Under the pieces are notes generated by a model. The model was not told where the DNA came from and made no database searches. It worked only from the letters and a program-made list of their open reading frames with translations. Both the position numbers and the translations under genes were made by a program. From Thermoanaerobaculia bacterium (GTDB taxonomy: Bacteria; Acidobacteriota; Thermoanaerobaculia; Multivoradales; Multivoraceae), in NCBI GenBank assembly GCA_963666565.1, contig OY762911.1, positions 4,160,001-4,224,000 of the forward strand: a DNA stretch of 64,000 nt, in the 5' to 3' direction. Within the stretch, counting starts at the first letter, position 1. The number at the start of each line of letters is the position of its first letter. Shown piece after piece: positions 34,996 through 49,973 of this stretch.

Positions 34996-35967
34996 CTACT
35001 CCACCCGCGCCAGCAGCCACCACTTCATCGTCGTCGAGACGAGGTCGGCCGCGTCCTCCTGGACGAAGTGGTTCGCGCCCGGCACGGTGACCAGGGTCAG
35101 GTCGCTATCCAGCCAGTCCCAGGTGTTGTTCAGGCCGTCCGAGTGGAGCGCCGTGTCGTCCAGGCCGTGGAACTGGAGGACCGGCATGCCGAGGCGGGGC
35201 GGTTCCTGCCCGGCGGCCTGGCCGATGCCGCCGCCTTCGCGGGGGTAGTTCTGCTTGTAGTAGGCGAGCATCGCGTCGAAATCGGAGCGTTCGAACGCCT
35301 CGACGTAGTGCTTCCTCGCCTCCTGGTCCTGCACCCAGCCGGAGAGCGTCTGCGGCGTCATCGGCATGCCGAAGAAGATGTCCGGGTCGCTGGCGCTGCC
35401 CTCCTGGAACCTGCGGGCGTAGCCGCTGTTCGCCTGCTGCTCGGGGTTGTTCGCCAGTTCCCGGCCCATCCCGGTCGGGTGCGGCAGGTTCAGGATGATC
35501 AGCCGCTCGGTCATCTGCGGCACGTGGAACGCGAACTGCCAGGCGACCGCGCCGCCCCAGTCGTGGCCGACGATGGTCGCCTTGTCGCGGCCCAGGTGCC
35601 GGATCACCGCCGCCACGTCGCCGACGAGGTACTGCATGGCGTAGTTCTCGTCGCCGTCGGGCTGGTCGCTCCTGTTGTAGCCGCGCTGGTCGATCGCGAC
35701 GACCTGGAAGTCGCTCGACAGCGCCTCCATCTGGTGGCGCCACGAGTACCAGAAGTCCGGGAAGCCGTGGATCATCACGACCAGCGGTCCTTCGCCGATC
35801 GTGGCGTAGTGGATCTTGACGCCGTTCGAGTCGGCGTAGCCGTGTTCGACGCGGTCCATCAGGTCGCTCGCCATCGCCGTTCCTCCCGTCGTCGCCGTCA
35901 GCAGAAGGGCGGCGGCCGCGGCTGCCGGCCAGCGCCTCCGCGTCACTTGGTTCGTCGCTCGCTTCAT
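34996..35967 (-). CDS. Secreted alpha/beta hydrolase (epoxide hydrolase-like)
   Basis: [28 protein letters not shown]. Confidence 0.92.
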   Translation of the reverse strand: MKRATNQVTRRRWPAAAAAALLLTATTGGTAMASDLMDRVEHGYADSNGVKIHYATIGEGPLVVMIHGFPDFWYSWRHQMEALSSDFQVVAIDQRGYNRSDQPDGDENYAMQYLVGDVAAVIRHLGRDKATIVGHDWGGAVAWQFAFHVPQMTERLIILNLPHPTGMGRELANNPEQQANSGYARRFQEGSASDPDIFFGMPMTPQTLSGWVQDQEARKHYVEAFERSDFDAMLAYYKQNYPREGGGIGQAAGQEPPRLGMPVLQFHGLDDTALHSDGLNNTWDWLDSDLTLVTVPGANHFVQEDAADLVSTTMKWWLLARVE

Positions 35968-36077
35968 GTCTCGCTCTCCTCGGGTGGTCGCTGTGCTTGC
36001 TGAGCCATTGTACGCGTGTTCCGGCGGCCGCGGCCGGGACAAGAGGGGCGCCGGCCCGCGGCCGGCGGCGGGCTTCA

Positions 36078-36117
36078 GGCCGCCTTCGGCGGCAGCGGGT
36101 CGGAAGACCCGCGCACC
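36078..36117 (+). repeat. REP-like repeat copy
   Basis: ggccgccttcggcggcagcgggtcggaagacccgcgcacc. Confidence 0.85.
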
Positions 36118-36141
36118 GACACCCGGAGACCGAGATCCGGG

Positions 36142-38332
<2,191 letters not shown>

Positions 38333-38340
<8 letters not shown>

Positions 38341-39325
38341 TGACGTCGATGACCACGCGGCCGCGCGTCTTGCCGGCCAGGATCGCCGCGGCCAGTTCCT
38401 CGATCCGGCTCATCGGCTCGACGGTCGTCATCTCGGCCAGCAGGTCGGCCGGAAGCTCCGCCGCCAGCCGCCGCCAGGCCTCCCGCCGTCGTTCCATCGG
38501 CGCCATCACCGAGTCCACGCCGGCCAGGACGACGCCGCGCAGGATGAAGGGGTAAACACTCGACGGCAGGTCCATGCCGCCGGCCAGGCCGCAGGCCGCG
38601 ACGCAGCCGCCGTAGCGGGTTTGGGCGATCAGGTTCGCCAGCGTCGCCGAGCCCACGACGTCGACGGCGCCGGCCCAGCTCTCCCGGCCGATCGGCCGCG
38701 GCTTCGCGGCCAACGCGTCGCGCGCGATGAAGTCGGCGGCGCCCAGGCTTCGCAGGTAGTCGTGCTCCGCCTCGCGCCCGGTGGAGGCGATGACGCGGTA
38801 GCCGGCGCGCGCCAGCAGCGCCACCGCCACCGAGCCCACGCCGCCAGCGGCGCCGGTGACGACCACGTCGCCGCTCTCGGGCGCCACGCCGTGATCCTGC
38901 AGCGCCATGACGCACAGCATCGCGGTGTAGCCGGCGGTGCCGATCGCCATCGCCTGCTTGCTCGTGAAGGCGTCCGGCACCGGCACCAGCCAGTCCGACT
39001 TCATTCGCGCCTTCTGCGAGTAGCCGCCCCAGTGGCTCTCGCTGAGCCCGTAGCCGTTGACGAGCACCCGGTCGCCCGCTGCGAACGACGGCGACGCCGA
39101 CTCGACGACCGTGCCCGCGAGATCGATGCCGCAGACCATCGGCACGGAACGGCAGATCGGCGCCGCGCCGGTGATCGCCAGGCCGTCCTTGTAGTTCAGC
39201 GTCGAGTACTCGATGTCGACCAGGGTGTCGTGGTCGGGCAGATCGTCGGCGGTCAGGTCGCGCAGGCCGGCTGTGTGCTTGTCATCGACCTTGTCGACGA
39301 CGACGGCTCGAAAGGTGTCGCTCAT
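38333..39325 (-). CDS. MDR oxidoreductase, YhdH/AcuI (acryloyl-CoA reductase-like) family
   Basis: YSTLNYKDGLA, GIDLAGTV, AIGTAGYTAML, VTGAAGGVGS, PFILRGV. Confidence 0.92.
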
Positions 39326-39440
39326 TCCCGGAGTGTCCCCATGAAGTCCCGTTCGATCTCGTGCAGACGGCGCCGGCGTACGCCGCGCCCGCAACTGGTT
39401 CCTGGATTCGGTTGGCCGCGAGGGTTCTATCATTCCGTCC

Positions 39441-40742
39441 ATGAGATTCACGAAGCCGATTCGAGTGCTCCTCGCCGCCGCTCTGCTGTTGCCGGCGGTC
39501 GCCGCAAACTCCGCCGACGCCGCCAACGAACGCGCCCGGATGACGCCCGCCGACGCCGACCCGGCCACCACCTGGCCGCAGTGGCGCGGTCCGAGCGGCC
39601 AGGGCGACGTGGCCGGCAGCGGCTACGTCGACCGCTGGGGCCCGGAGGAGAACGTGCGCTGGAAGGTCGCCGTTCCCGGCAAGGGCAACTCCTCGCCGAT
39701 CGTCTGGGGCGATGCGCTGTTCCTGACCACCGCCGAGGCGGCCGGCGCCAGGCGCTCGGTGCTCGCCTTCGACCGGGCGACAGGCGAGCGGCTCTGGACC
39801 ACCGCCGCGCCCACCGCGAATCCGGAGCGCGCCTACCCGAAGAACGGACACGCCTCCTCGACGCCCACCGCCGACGGCGAGCGTGTCTACGCCTACTTCG
39901 GCAACCACGGCCTGCTCGCCGTCGACTTCGGCGGCGAGATCGTCTGGCACAAGTCGTTCGGCGAGTTGAGCGCCTTCCACGGCACCGCCTCGTCGCCGCT
40001 CCTGCTCGGCGACCGGCTGATCCTCGTCCAGGAGCAGCAGCGCGCCGCGTCCTTCATCGCCGCGTTCGACCGCCGCACCGGAGAAGAACTGTGGCGCACC
40101 GAGCGCGACACCCAGGTCGGCTGGAGCTCGCCGGCAGCCATCTCCGTCACCACCGACGACGGCGAGGAGCGCGACGAGATCGTCGTCAACAGCCAGCATC
40201 ACGTGATCGCCTACGCGCCGGAGGACGGCCGCGAACTCTGGCGCGCCAGCGGCACGACCTTCGAGGTCATTCCGAGCCCCGTGGTCGGCCACGACCTCCT
40301 CTTCAGCACCTCCGGCCGCGCCGGCCCGACGCTCGCGATCCGCCCCGGCGGCGCCGGCGACGTGACGGACAGCCGCATCGTCTGGACCGCGGCCAAGGGA
40401 TCGCCCTTCGTCGTCGCCCCGATGCTGGTCGGCGACTACCTCTACATGGTCAACGACATGGCGAGCGTGATCACCGTCTACGAGGCGAAGACGGGCGAGG
40501 TCCTCTGGCAGGAACGCCTCGGCGAACGGATGCGCGAAGGCTTCTCCGCCGCGCCGGTCGCCTTCGGCGGCAAGGTCTTCTTCACGAACGACAACGGCGA
40601 GACCTTCGTCATCCGGGAGGGGCCGGACTTCGAGCTTCTCCACGTCAACCGCATCGGCGAACGGACGATCGCCTCGCCCGCCCTCGTCGGCGGCGTCTGG
40701 TACATCCGCACCGACGGCCACCTGTGGGCGATCGCGGGCTAG
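39441..40742 (+). CDS. PQQ-like beta-propeller repeat protein (BamB-like)
   Basis: WPQWRGP, GNSSPIVWGD, ASSTPTADG, repeated TGE.LW. Confidence 0.9.
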   Translation: MRFTKPIRVLLAAALLLPAVAANSADAANERARMTPADADPATTWPQWRGPSGQGDVAGSGYVDRWGPEENVRWKVAVPGKGNSSPIVWGDALFLTTAEAAGARRSVLAFDRATGERLWTTAAPTANPERAYPKNGHASSTPTADGERVYAYFGNHGLLAVDFGGEIVWHKSFGELSAFHGTASSPLLLGDRLILVQEQQRAASFIAAFDRRTGEELWRTERDTQVGWSSPAAISVTTDDGEERDEIVVNSQHHVIAYAPEDGRELWRASGTTFEVIPSPVVGHDLLFSTSGRAGPTLAIRPGGAGDVTDSRIVWTAAKGSPFVVAPMLVGDYLYMVNDMASVITVYEAKTGEVLWQERLGERMREGFSAAPVAFGGKVFFTNDNGETFVIREGPDFELLHVNRIGERTIASPALVGGVWYIRTDGHLWAIAG

Positions 40743-40764
40743 ACCCGACCCGGATCGACGCCGC

Positions 40765-41037
40765 TCAGGGGAGCAGCTTGGTCAGCGCCACCGTCATTCC
40801 CACGATGCCGGCCGCCATGACCCACAAGTGCCGGTAGAGGTCAGCGCGCAGGGTCTGAACTTCGGTGCGGACGGCCTGAACTTCGGACCGCAGGTCTGCC
40901 CTCGCGACCTGGAGGTCCGCTTTCGTGACGAGATCGCCTTCGACCGCCTGCTTCATCGTCCTCAGCACGACGTCCGCCTGAGCCTCGGTGAAGCCAGCCC
41001 CCCGAAACGCTCGCGCCGCCTGCAGAGTGTCGATCAC
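40765..41037 (-). CDS. DUF1640/CCDC90-like small coiled-coil membrane protein
   Basis: IDTLQAARAFRGAGFTEAQA, LVTKADL, C-terminal TM. Confidence 0.8.
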   Translation of the reverse strand: MIDTLQAARAFRGAGFTEAQADVVLRTMKQAVEGDLVTKADLQVARADLRSEVQAVRTEVQTLRADLYRHLWVMAAGIVGMTVALTKLLP

Positions 41038-41135
41038 GGAGTCATCGTACACAGGGTCGGCGGAAGCTCCAAACGACGACATGTTCCCTTGACACATGCC
41101 GCAACGGAACGCCGCGCCCGATGGGTCGGCGCCCG

Positions 41136-41882
41136 TCAGCGTGGCATTCGCCCGCGATGCACTCGCGCCACTTCGACCATGTAGCCGCGGTTGGGGAAGG
41201 AGGCGGCGCGCTCGATGGCAGCCGCTGCCTTCTCCGCTTCGCCGATCACCTCGTAGTACAGCCCGAGGTAGAGGTCGGCGTAGAAGCGCGCGCCAGGGCC
41301 TTCCGCCGCCGCCACGGCCTCGACCTCATCGACCGAGCCCTTGCCTCGGAACAGCGCGTCGATCTCCGTCATCGGCCGCCGAGCGTCCGGGCCGACCGGC
41401 AACATCGCCTCCCGTGCGGCTTCAAGTCCCTCCTCGGCGGCGACGCAGAGCAAGTGCCACACGGCGTTCTCGACGTCGTTCGGGTTGACCAGCCGGTGAC
41501 GCTCGAACTGCCCCCGGCAGTCCTCGAACCGGCCGGCGTAGTAGTACGAGATGCCGCGCTGCCACAGGTACGGATCCTGCGACGGATCGAGGGTCACGAC
41601 CCGGTCGAAGTCCTCGATGGACGCTTCGATCCGTCCCGCCTTGAACCGGGCCGATCCCCGGTAAAGGTAGAGCCGCCAGTCCCGCGGCGCGGCCTCGATC
41701 GCCCGGTCGTAGCCGGCGATCGCCGCCTCGTACTCGCCTCGGGACTCGTGGAGGCTCGCCTGGCGCAGCAGCATCTCCGCGCTCCGCTCCTCGTGTTGTT
41801 GAGCGGACACGTCGCCCACCAGCCCGAGGAGGAGGCCGACGGCAGCCGCCGAACCGAACCGGCGTGTGCTCCGGCTCCTCAT
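41136..41882 (-). CDS. Secreted TPR protein (NlpI-like)
   Basis: RGSARFKAGRIEASIEDFD, PYLWQRGISYYY, NPNDVENAVW, FYADLYLGLYYE. Confidence 0.85.
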   Translation of the reverse strand: MRSRSTRRFGSAAAVGLLLGLVGDVSAQQHEERSAEMLLRQASLHESRGEYEAAIAGYDRAIEAAPRDWRLYLYRGSARFKAGRIEASIEDFDRVVTLDPSQDPYLWQRGISYYYAGRFEDCRGQFERHRLVNPNDVENAVWHLLCVAAEEGLEAAREAMLPVGPDARRPMTEIDALFRGKGSVDEVEAVAAAEGPGARFYADLYLGLYYEVIGEAEKAAAAIERAASFPNRGYMVEVARVHRGRMPR

Positions 41883-41958
41883 TCGCGGCACTCTAACGAC
41901 ACCGACTCTCTCAATCACCGCGCCAACCCGAGCCCTACCGATCAGCCGACGCCGTCCA

Positions 41959-42135
41959 GCCTGCCGCGGCATCGCGGGGGAGGGTCCCTGCGGGCTGGAG
42001 GCAAGTGACGCCCAACGCCTCCCCATCGACCGACGCCAACGTGAAACGCAGCCGACCGAAGCGAGCACGTTCGTACCACCCGCCAAGAGAGTGCGAGCGG
42101 CCGCAGGGACCCTCCCCCGCGATGCCGCGGCAGGC
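41959..42135 (+). repeat. ~175 bp element with perfect 35-bp terminal inverted repeats (copy A)
   Basis: gcctgccgcggcatcgcgggggagggtccctgcgg at 41959-41993; exact reverse complement at 42101-42135. Confidence 0.85.
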
Positions 42136-42212
42136 GGCGCCCCGCATCGTCGCCGGCCTCCGGCCGGCGGCCTGTTTCCCCGGGCTGCGCCGCTCCGCGG
42201 CTTCGCCCGCCA

Positions 42213-42238
42213 GCGGGTCAGAAGACCCGCGCACCCAG
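42213..42238 (+). repeat. REP-like repeat copy
   Basis: gcgggtcagaagacccgcgcacccag. Confidence 0.85.
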
Positions 42239-42333
42239 CCTGCACCCAGCGGTCCCACGTCGACTACGGGTACACTTCGCGCGCTTCGGCATAGCCACCC
42301 CCGCAAGGACGACGAAGGAAGGGAATACGCATC

Positions 42334-43212
42334 ATGGGTCTGCTCGACGGCAAGGTTGCACTCGTTACGGGCGCGGGAGGCGGCCTCGGCCGCACCCACG
42401 CGCTGCTGCTGGCGCAGGAAGGCGCCGCGGTCGTGGTCAACGATCTCGGCGGCGCGCGCGACGGCAGCGGCGCCGGCACCGCGATGGCCGACCAGGTCGC
42501 CCAGGAGATACGCGACGCCGGCGGCCAGGCCGTCGCCGACTACGGGTCCGTCTCGGACGGCGACGCCGCCCGGGCGATGGTCCAGCGCGCCGTGGACGAG
42601 TTCGGCAAGCTCGACATCGCGATCAACAACGCCGGCATCCTCCGCGACAAGTCCTTCAAGAACATGACCGACGAGATGTGGGACATCGTCCTCGACGTCC
42701 ACCTCCGCGGCACCTACCTCGTCACCAAGGCCGCCTACGACCGGATGATCGAGCAGGAGTCCGGCGGCCGGATCGTCATGACCAGCTCGACCTCCGGGCT
42801 GCTCGGCAACTTCGGCCAGACGAACTACGGCGCCGCCAAGGCGGGGATGGCCGGCTTCATGCGTTGCCTCGCGCTCGAAGGCGCCAAGTACGGCGTGACC
42901 GTCAACCTGCTCGCGCCCGCCGCCTGGTCCCGCCTGACCGAGGACATCATGCCGGAGGCGACCGCCGAGCCGCTCGCACCCGAGAAGGTCTCGCCCGCCG
43001 TCGTCTGGCTCTGCTCCGACGACGCCGCGGACATCACCGGCCGCATCTTCGCGGTCGGCGGCAACAAGGTGTCGCTCCTGGCTTGGCAGTCGCTCGAAAT
43101 CGCCAGCCGGCCCAACGACCAGGACCCCTGGAGCGTCGCGGCCATCGGCGAGAAGATCCGCGCCGCCTCCGCCGACTTCCCCGAGCCGGTCCGCTTCCAG
43201 GATCTGATGTAG
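42334..43212 (+). CDS. SDR oxidoreductase (MFE-2/3-hydroxyacyl-CoA dehydrogenase-like)
   Basis: TGAGGGLG, VVVNDLG, NNAGILRD, GNFGQTNYGAAK. Confidence 0.93.
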   Translation: MGLLDGKVALVTGAGGGLGRTHALLLAQEGAAVVVNDLGGARDGSGAGTAMADQVAQEIRDAGGQAVADYGSVSDGDAARAMVQRAVDEFGKLDIAINNAGILRDKSFKNMTDEMWDIVLDVHLRGTYLVTKAAYDRMIEQESGGRIVMTSSTSGLLGNFGQTNYGAAKAGMAGFMRCLALEGAKYGVTVNLLAPAAWSRLTEDIMPEATAEPLAPEKVSPAVVWLCSDDAADITGRIFAVGGNKVSLLAWQSLEIASRPNDQDPWSVAAIGEKIRAASADFPEPVRFQDLM

Positions 43213-43249
43213 CCGCGCGAGGTCGGCGGTCGCCGCTTCGCCCCCGCGA

Positions 43250-43273
43250 GCGGGTCGGAAGACCCGCGCACCC
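43250..43273 (+). repeat. REP-like repeat copy
   Basis: gcgggtcggaagacccgcgcaccc. Confidence 0.85.
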
Positions 43274-43475
43274 GGTCGGCGCGGGCGCCGGCGCACCGGC
43301 TGACGGCGCGGAGCGGCGGGTTGCAACGTTGGCCCCCGGTGCGCGTAGAATGACGAATGTGACCAAACTGGTCACGAATACGCGGACGGCCGTTCGCGCC
43401 CAGCCCGACCGGCGCCTCGGAGCGACCCGGAAAGCGGACCCGCCCCCCAAAGAGAGAGCAAGCGAGAACAGACCG

Positions 43476-45772
<2,297 letters not shown>

Positions 45773-45773
<1 letters not shown>

Positions 45774-46390
45774 TGACGGCCGACCTCGCGGACAGCGAAG
45801 GCACGCGGGAGTCCGACTTCGGCGCGCCCCGGCTCGACGACCTCGTCAAGCTCGACCTGAAGGTGCTGGCGGCCGGCGGCGCGGACGTGGAGGCCGAGGA
45901 GTTCATCCCGGTCTTCCACCGCTGGATCACCGAGCGGGTTCTGCCGGAACTGCTGATCGACGTGGCCGACTACAGCCACGTTCCGGAGGGCCCCGGCGTG
46001 CTGCTGATCGGCCACGACGCCCAGTACGCCTGGGACCTGAGCCGGGGCGAGCCGGGCCTCCTCTACAGCCGCCGGCGCGAAACCGGGCCGGACCTCGAAG
46101 GCATCGGCAACCTCGACCGGCGGCTCCGGTCGCTGCTCGACTGCGCCTTTCGAGCCTGCGACCTGATCGAGGCCGAACCGGGGCTGGAAGGCCGGGTCGC
46201 CTTCGACCGCCACCGGCTGGAACTGCGGGTCAACGACCGGCTCTTTCCGCAAGACGAGCCGACGGCCGAGGCGCTCGCGAGCGCGTTCCGGCAAGCTCTG
46301 ACCGAAGCCGGCATCCGAGACGGCGGAGCGCCGGCGGAGGTGAATCGAATCGGAGAAAGCCGCGAGCGGCTGACGCTGCGAACCGGCTGA
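45773..46390 (+). CDS. Hypothetical protein coupled to the reductase
   Basis: TGATG overlap; FIPVFHRWI, LIDVADYSHVPEGPGVLLIGH, NDRL. Confidence 0.75.
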
Positions 46391-46429
46391 GAGCTACAAA
46401 GCGGTCGCCGCTTCGCGGCGCGTGCTTCT

Positions 46430-46472
46430 GGCCGCCTCTGGCGGCAGCGGGTCAGAAGACCCGCGCACCCAG
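46430..46472 (+). repeat. REP-like repeat copy
   Basis: ggccgcctctggcggcagcgggtcagaagacccgcgcacccag. Confidence 0.85.
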
Positions 46473-46533
46473 TGTGTGGCCGCGTTGCCCTACAGCCCGC
46501 GCACCCAGTGTGCAGCGCCGAGGACGACGTCCA

Positions 46534-46705
46534 GCCCGGAGGGGGCGAGGGGAGGGTCCCAGGTGGCTGTCGGCAAGCGACTCCCGACGCCGTTGCCGGA
46601 ACCAACGAGCCCACGGAGCGCAGCCGACCGCAGCGAGCCCATACTCTCCAACCGTCAGGAGAGGGCGAGCGTCATCCTGGGACCCTCCCCTCGCCCCCTC
46701 CGGGC
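46534..46705 (+). repeat. ~175 bp element with perfect 30-bp terminal inverted repeats (copy B)
   Basis: gcccggagggggcgaggggagggtcccagg and its reverse complement at 46676-46705. Confidence 0.85.
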
Positions 46706-46746
46706 GGGTTGCCGCCGCCGAACGCCGCCAGGAAGCGCGCCGGCCG

Positions 46747-47358
46747 TCAGGCCGGCGTCCGCTTCCTGGCTCGTTCGACGAGCTTCCGCAGTTCCGGCTT
46801 CAGGTCCAGCCCCGCCGCAGCCTCCCGCCCGGCGGCCGACATCTTCGGCCACGTCCTGACCAGGACCTCCACGGTCCGGTCCGGCCCCAGCCGGCCCGCC
46901 AGCGCCTCCAGGTCGTGCTCCAGGAACACCAGGCAGGCCGCGTCCTCCAGGGTCTGCGCCTCCGCAGGGGCGCTCCGCGCCGCCCGCTTCAGCACCAGGT
47001 TCTGCACCCGCTCCATCTTCTCTCGCCGGTAGCCGGCGTCGCGCAGCACCGCGCCCGCCAGCCGGGCGTGCTCGAGCGCCGCCGCCCGCCGCCAGGCGAG
47101 GTAACCCTTTCGCCCCTCGGGATAGTCCGTCCGCGGCATCTTGAAACGGCGCAGGTGCTGGCAATGCGCGGCGAGCATCAGGATCTCTCCGGCCTCCGGA
47201 TCGAGCCGCTCCACCCAGGCCGTCATCCGCCGCGAGTAAGCCAGTTCGCGCGGAACCTCCTCGCCGTTCAGCGTCGCCGTCGCCGGGTCCTCCCGGTGAA
47301 ACAGGTCGAACCCGGCCACCGCGTTCTGGAAACGCGGCATCAACTCGAAGCTCTTCAC
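46747..47358 (-). CDS. DUF4202 family (HD-like) protein
   Basis: EDP, ELAYSRRM, AAHCQHLRR, YPEGRKGYLAWR, QTLEDAACLVFL, TWPKMS. Confidence 0.87.
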   Translation of the reverse strand: MKSFELMPRFQNAVAGFDLFHREDPATATLNGEEVPRELAYSRRMTAWVERLDPEAGEILMLAAHCQHLRRFKMPRTDYPEGRKGYLAWRRAAALEHARLAGAVLRDAGYRREKMERVQNLVLKRAARSAPAEAQTLEDAACLVFLEHDLEALAGRLGPDRTVEVLVRTWPKMSAAGREAAAGLDLKPELRKLVERARKRTPA

Positions 47359-48297
47359 CTACTCGCCGGCCAGCTCGCGCTCGACCGTCAGCTTGTGCTC
47401 GGCGTTTCGCTGGAGTTCGGCCAGCCAGTCGACGAAGCCCCGCGGATCGACGAACGGGTGCGGGTCGCCCGAGGCCCGCGACGCCAACCGCTCCGCGCGC
47501 TCGAAGACCCGCCCCATCCCGGCGTGGTTCGTGACGTTGACCTCGATCGGATTGCCCTCCTCGCCGGCGAGCCGCCGGATGCGGGCGACGCTGTCCAGGT
47601 AGAGGTTCGTCCGGTGAACTCCCTCGAAGTTGAGGCCCACGCCGCCGAAGACGAACGCCCGGTGCTCCTCGCCGCCGTCCCGCACGGGAAACTCCATCGA
47701 GAGGACGCCCTCCGTGTGGCCCGGCGTGACGTAGAAGCGGATCTCCGTGTCGCCCAACTGCAGGGTGTCGCCGTCCGCGACGACCATGTCGCGGACCGCA
47801 ACGTCGATCTCGTACCGCGGGTCGCTCGGCGGCCGTTCGGCCAGCTCCCAGTCCGCTTCCGTCATGCCGACCCGCGCGCCGTAGGCCTCCTGAAACCGCG
47901 CCGCCCCGCCGACGTGGTCGAAGTGGCCGTGGGTCACCAGAACGTACTTCAGGTCGGAAGGATCGAAGCCCACGGCGCGGATGCCGTCGATCGCGTTGTC
48001 GATGAAGTCGCCGTACAGCGAGCCGATCAGGATCAGGCCGTCGGTCGTCACCAGGAGGTAGCTCGACACCCACTCGATGCCGACGTAGTAGAGGTTGTCG
48101 AAGATCCGGAAGGGCTCGACCCGCTGCGCCGCCGGGTCGTTCCGGAGCGCCCAGCCGTCGTCGGCGGCGTCCGCGGCGGCCGCGGCGCCGGCTTCGGGCG
48201 CGCCGTCGGGCGCCGGCCCCGAGCCATCGCCGCCGCAGGCCGCGGCGCCCAGGGCGATCAGGAGTGCGCTCGCGAGAGCCAGAAAGGAACGTGTCAT
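47359..48297 (-). CDS. Metallo-beta-lactamase-fold lipoprotein (subclass B3-like)
   Basis: AAAC lipobox, PFRIFDNLYYVG, THGHFDHVGG, TPGHTEG. Confidence 0.87.
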   Translation of the reverse strand: MTRSFLALASALLIALGAAACGGDGSGPAPDGAPEAGAAAAADAADDGWALRNDPAAQRVEPFRIFDNLYYVGIEWVSSYLLVTTDGLILIGSLYGDFIDNAIDGIRAVGFDPSDLKYVLVTHGHFDHVGGAARFQEAYGARVGMTEADWELAERPPSDPRYEIDVAVRDMVVADGDTLQLGDTEIRFYVTPGHTEGVLSMEFPVRDGGEEHRAFVFGGVGLNFEGVHRTNLYLDSVARIRRLAGEEGNPIEVNVTNHAGMGRVFERAERLASRASGDPHPFVDPRGFVDWLAELQRNAEHKLTVERELAGE

Positions 48298-48370
48298 CGC
48301 TAGTCTCCGCCGGGAATTCGCACCGGCAAACTACCACGGGCGCCGGGAGGGGCGGCGCCGTCCCCGGGGG

Positions 48371-49072
48371 CTACCAGCTCTCGCCGTACGGCCTGAGTTC
48401 CACGTCGAAGCTCCAGGCCGACGGGTCCTGGTGCGCCACTTGCCAGACGTTCTCGGCGATCGCATCCGGCCTGATGAAGAAGTCGTCCGGCTTGTCGGGC
48501 ATCCGCTGCCGCGTCCACTCCAGGTCGATCACCGCGTCGATGACGAAGTACGCGACGTGAACGCCCTGCGGCCCCAGGCTCCGCGCCATCGACTCGGCCA
48601 GAATGCGCTGCCCGGCCTTCGTCGGCGCGAACCCGGCGAAGCGCGGCATGCCGCGGCGGGCGGAAGTGTTGCCGGTGACCATGATCGCGCCCCGCCCGGC
48701 CTCGATCATCGCCGGCGCCAGCGCGCGGGCCAGATACAGGAGGCCCATCACGTTGACCTCGAAGTTGGCGCGCAGGCGCTCCGGCTCGATCTCCGGGAAG
48801 TCCCCGAAGGCGCCGCCGACAGCGTTGTGGACGAGCGCCGTCGGCGCGCCGAGGTCGCCGCGGACCCGAGCCGCCGTCGCCCGCACCGCATCCCCGTCGG
48901 ACACGTCGCAGACGTAGCCGCGCGAGCCCTCGATCTCCGCTTCGAGCGCCCGCAGCCGGTCCTCGCTTCGGGCCAGCATCGCCACCCGGTAGCCGCCCGA
49001 GGCGAACCGCCGGGCGAGCGCCGTTCCGGTGCCGGGGCCGACGCCGGAGATCAGGCAGACGGGATCGCTCAC
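48371..49072 (-). CDS. SDR oxidoreductase
   Basis: GVGPGTG, HNAVGG, FAPTKAGQR, HVAYFVIDAVI. Confidence 0.9.
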   Translation of the reverse strand: MSDPVCLISGVGPGTGTALARRFASGGYRVAMLARSEDRLRALEAEIEGSRGYVCDVSDGDAVRATAARVRGDLGAPTALVHNAVGGAFGDFPEIEPERLRANFEVNVMGLLYLARALAPAMIEAGRGAIMVTGNTSARRGMPRFAGFAPTKAGQRILAESMARSLGPQGVHVAYFVIDAVIDLEWTRQRMPDKPDDFFIRPDAIAENVWQVAHQDPSAWSFDVELRPYGESW

Positions 49073-49183
49073 GGGGCGCGGACTCTACCGGAACCGGCTC
49101 TCTGCCGCGGCCGGCGGCGAGACATATAGCCGTTCCTGTATGCTTTCCGCGCCCGCTCCACCGCCGTCTTCCCGGAGGCCACG

Positions 49184-49792
49184 ATGACCAGACGCCGCTT
49201 CAGGCTGCCCCGCTTCCTGCTCCCGGCGGCATCCGCCGCCCTGCTGTTCACGACGTTCGCGGCGACGCCGCCCGCGGCCGCCGAACGCGAGATCTACGCC
49301 GGCTTCCATCTCGGCCGGTCGGACGTGGCGGTGAACGCCGGCGATGCCCTGGACCAGGTCCTCGACGGCGACGGCAACTCCACCATCTTCGAAGTCGGCT
49401 TCAAGTTCAGCGACTACTTCGCCGTGGAGGCCGCGTACCACGACCTGTCCGACGTCGACGGCGCCGTCCGCCCCTGCGCGGAGGGCGTGGCGTGCTCCGA
49501 CATTCCGATACGCGGCACGATCGACGCCGTGTCGGCGGCGATCGTGCCGCGGTACCCGATCACCGGCCGCATCTCCGTCTTCGCCAAGGTCGGCATCGTG
49601 TCCTGGGGCGCCAACATGGAGGACGCCCTCGACGACTTCGACGTCGCCCTCGACGACCTCGACAAGGAAGACCTGGTGTACGGCATCGGCGCCCAGTTCC
49701 AGTTCCTCGGCCGGCTCAGCCTGGTCGGCCGCTTCGAGTCCATCGGCGGCGACATCGAGACCGTCTCCGTCGGCGCCCGCATCGGCTTCTAG
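49184..49792 (+). CDS. Outer-membrane beta-barrel protein (OmpA-like transmembrane domain)
   Basis: Signal peptide, GFKFSDYFAVEAAY, alternating strands, terminal Phe. Confidence 0.85.
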   Translation: MTRRRFRLPRFLLPAASAALLFTTFAATPPAAAEREIYAGFHLGRSDVAVNAGDALDQVLDGDGNSTIFEVGFKFSDYFAVEAAYHDLSDVDGAVRPCAEGVACSDIPIRGTIDAVSAAIVPRYPITGRISVFAKVGIVSWGANMEDALDDFDVALDDLDKEDLVYGIGAQFQFLGRLSLVGRFESIGGDIETVSVGARIGF

Positions 49793-49812
49793 GGGCCGCC
49801 TGCCGGTGCGCA

Positions 49813-49954
49813 CTGGGTGCGCGGGTCTTCCGACCCGCCCCCGGGCGGAGCCGCGAAACGGCGCAGCCCGGCCACCCAGGTCGCTGGCCAAAGGCCGGCG
49901 ACGCCACTCCCGCCGCCTCCGGCGGCAAGCGGGTCGGAAGACCCGCGCACGCAG
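49813..49954. repeat. Inverted pair of REP-like repeats (REPIN-like doublet)
   Basis: ctgggtgcgcgggtcttccgacccgc (49813-49838) and gcgggtcggaagacccgcgcac (49929-49950). Confidence 0.85.
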
Positions 49955-49973
49955 CGGTGCTACCGTCACGAAT

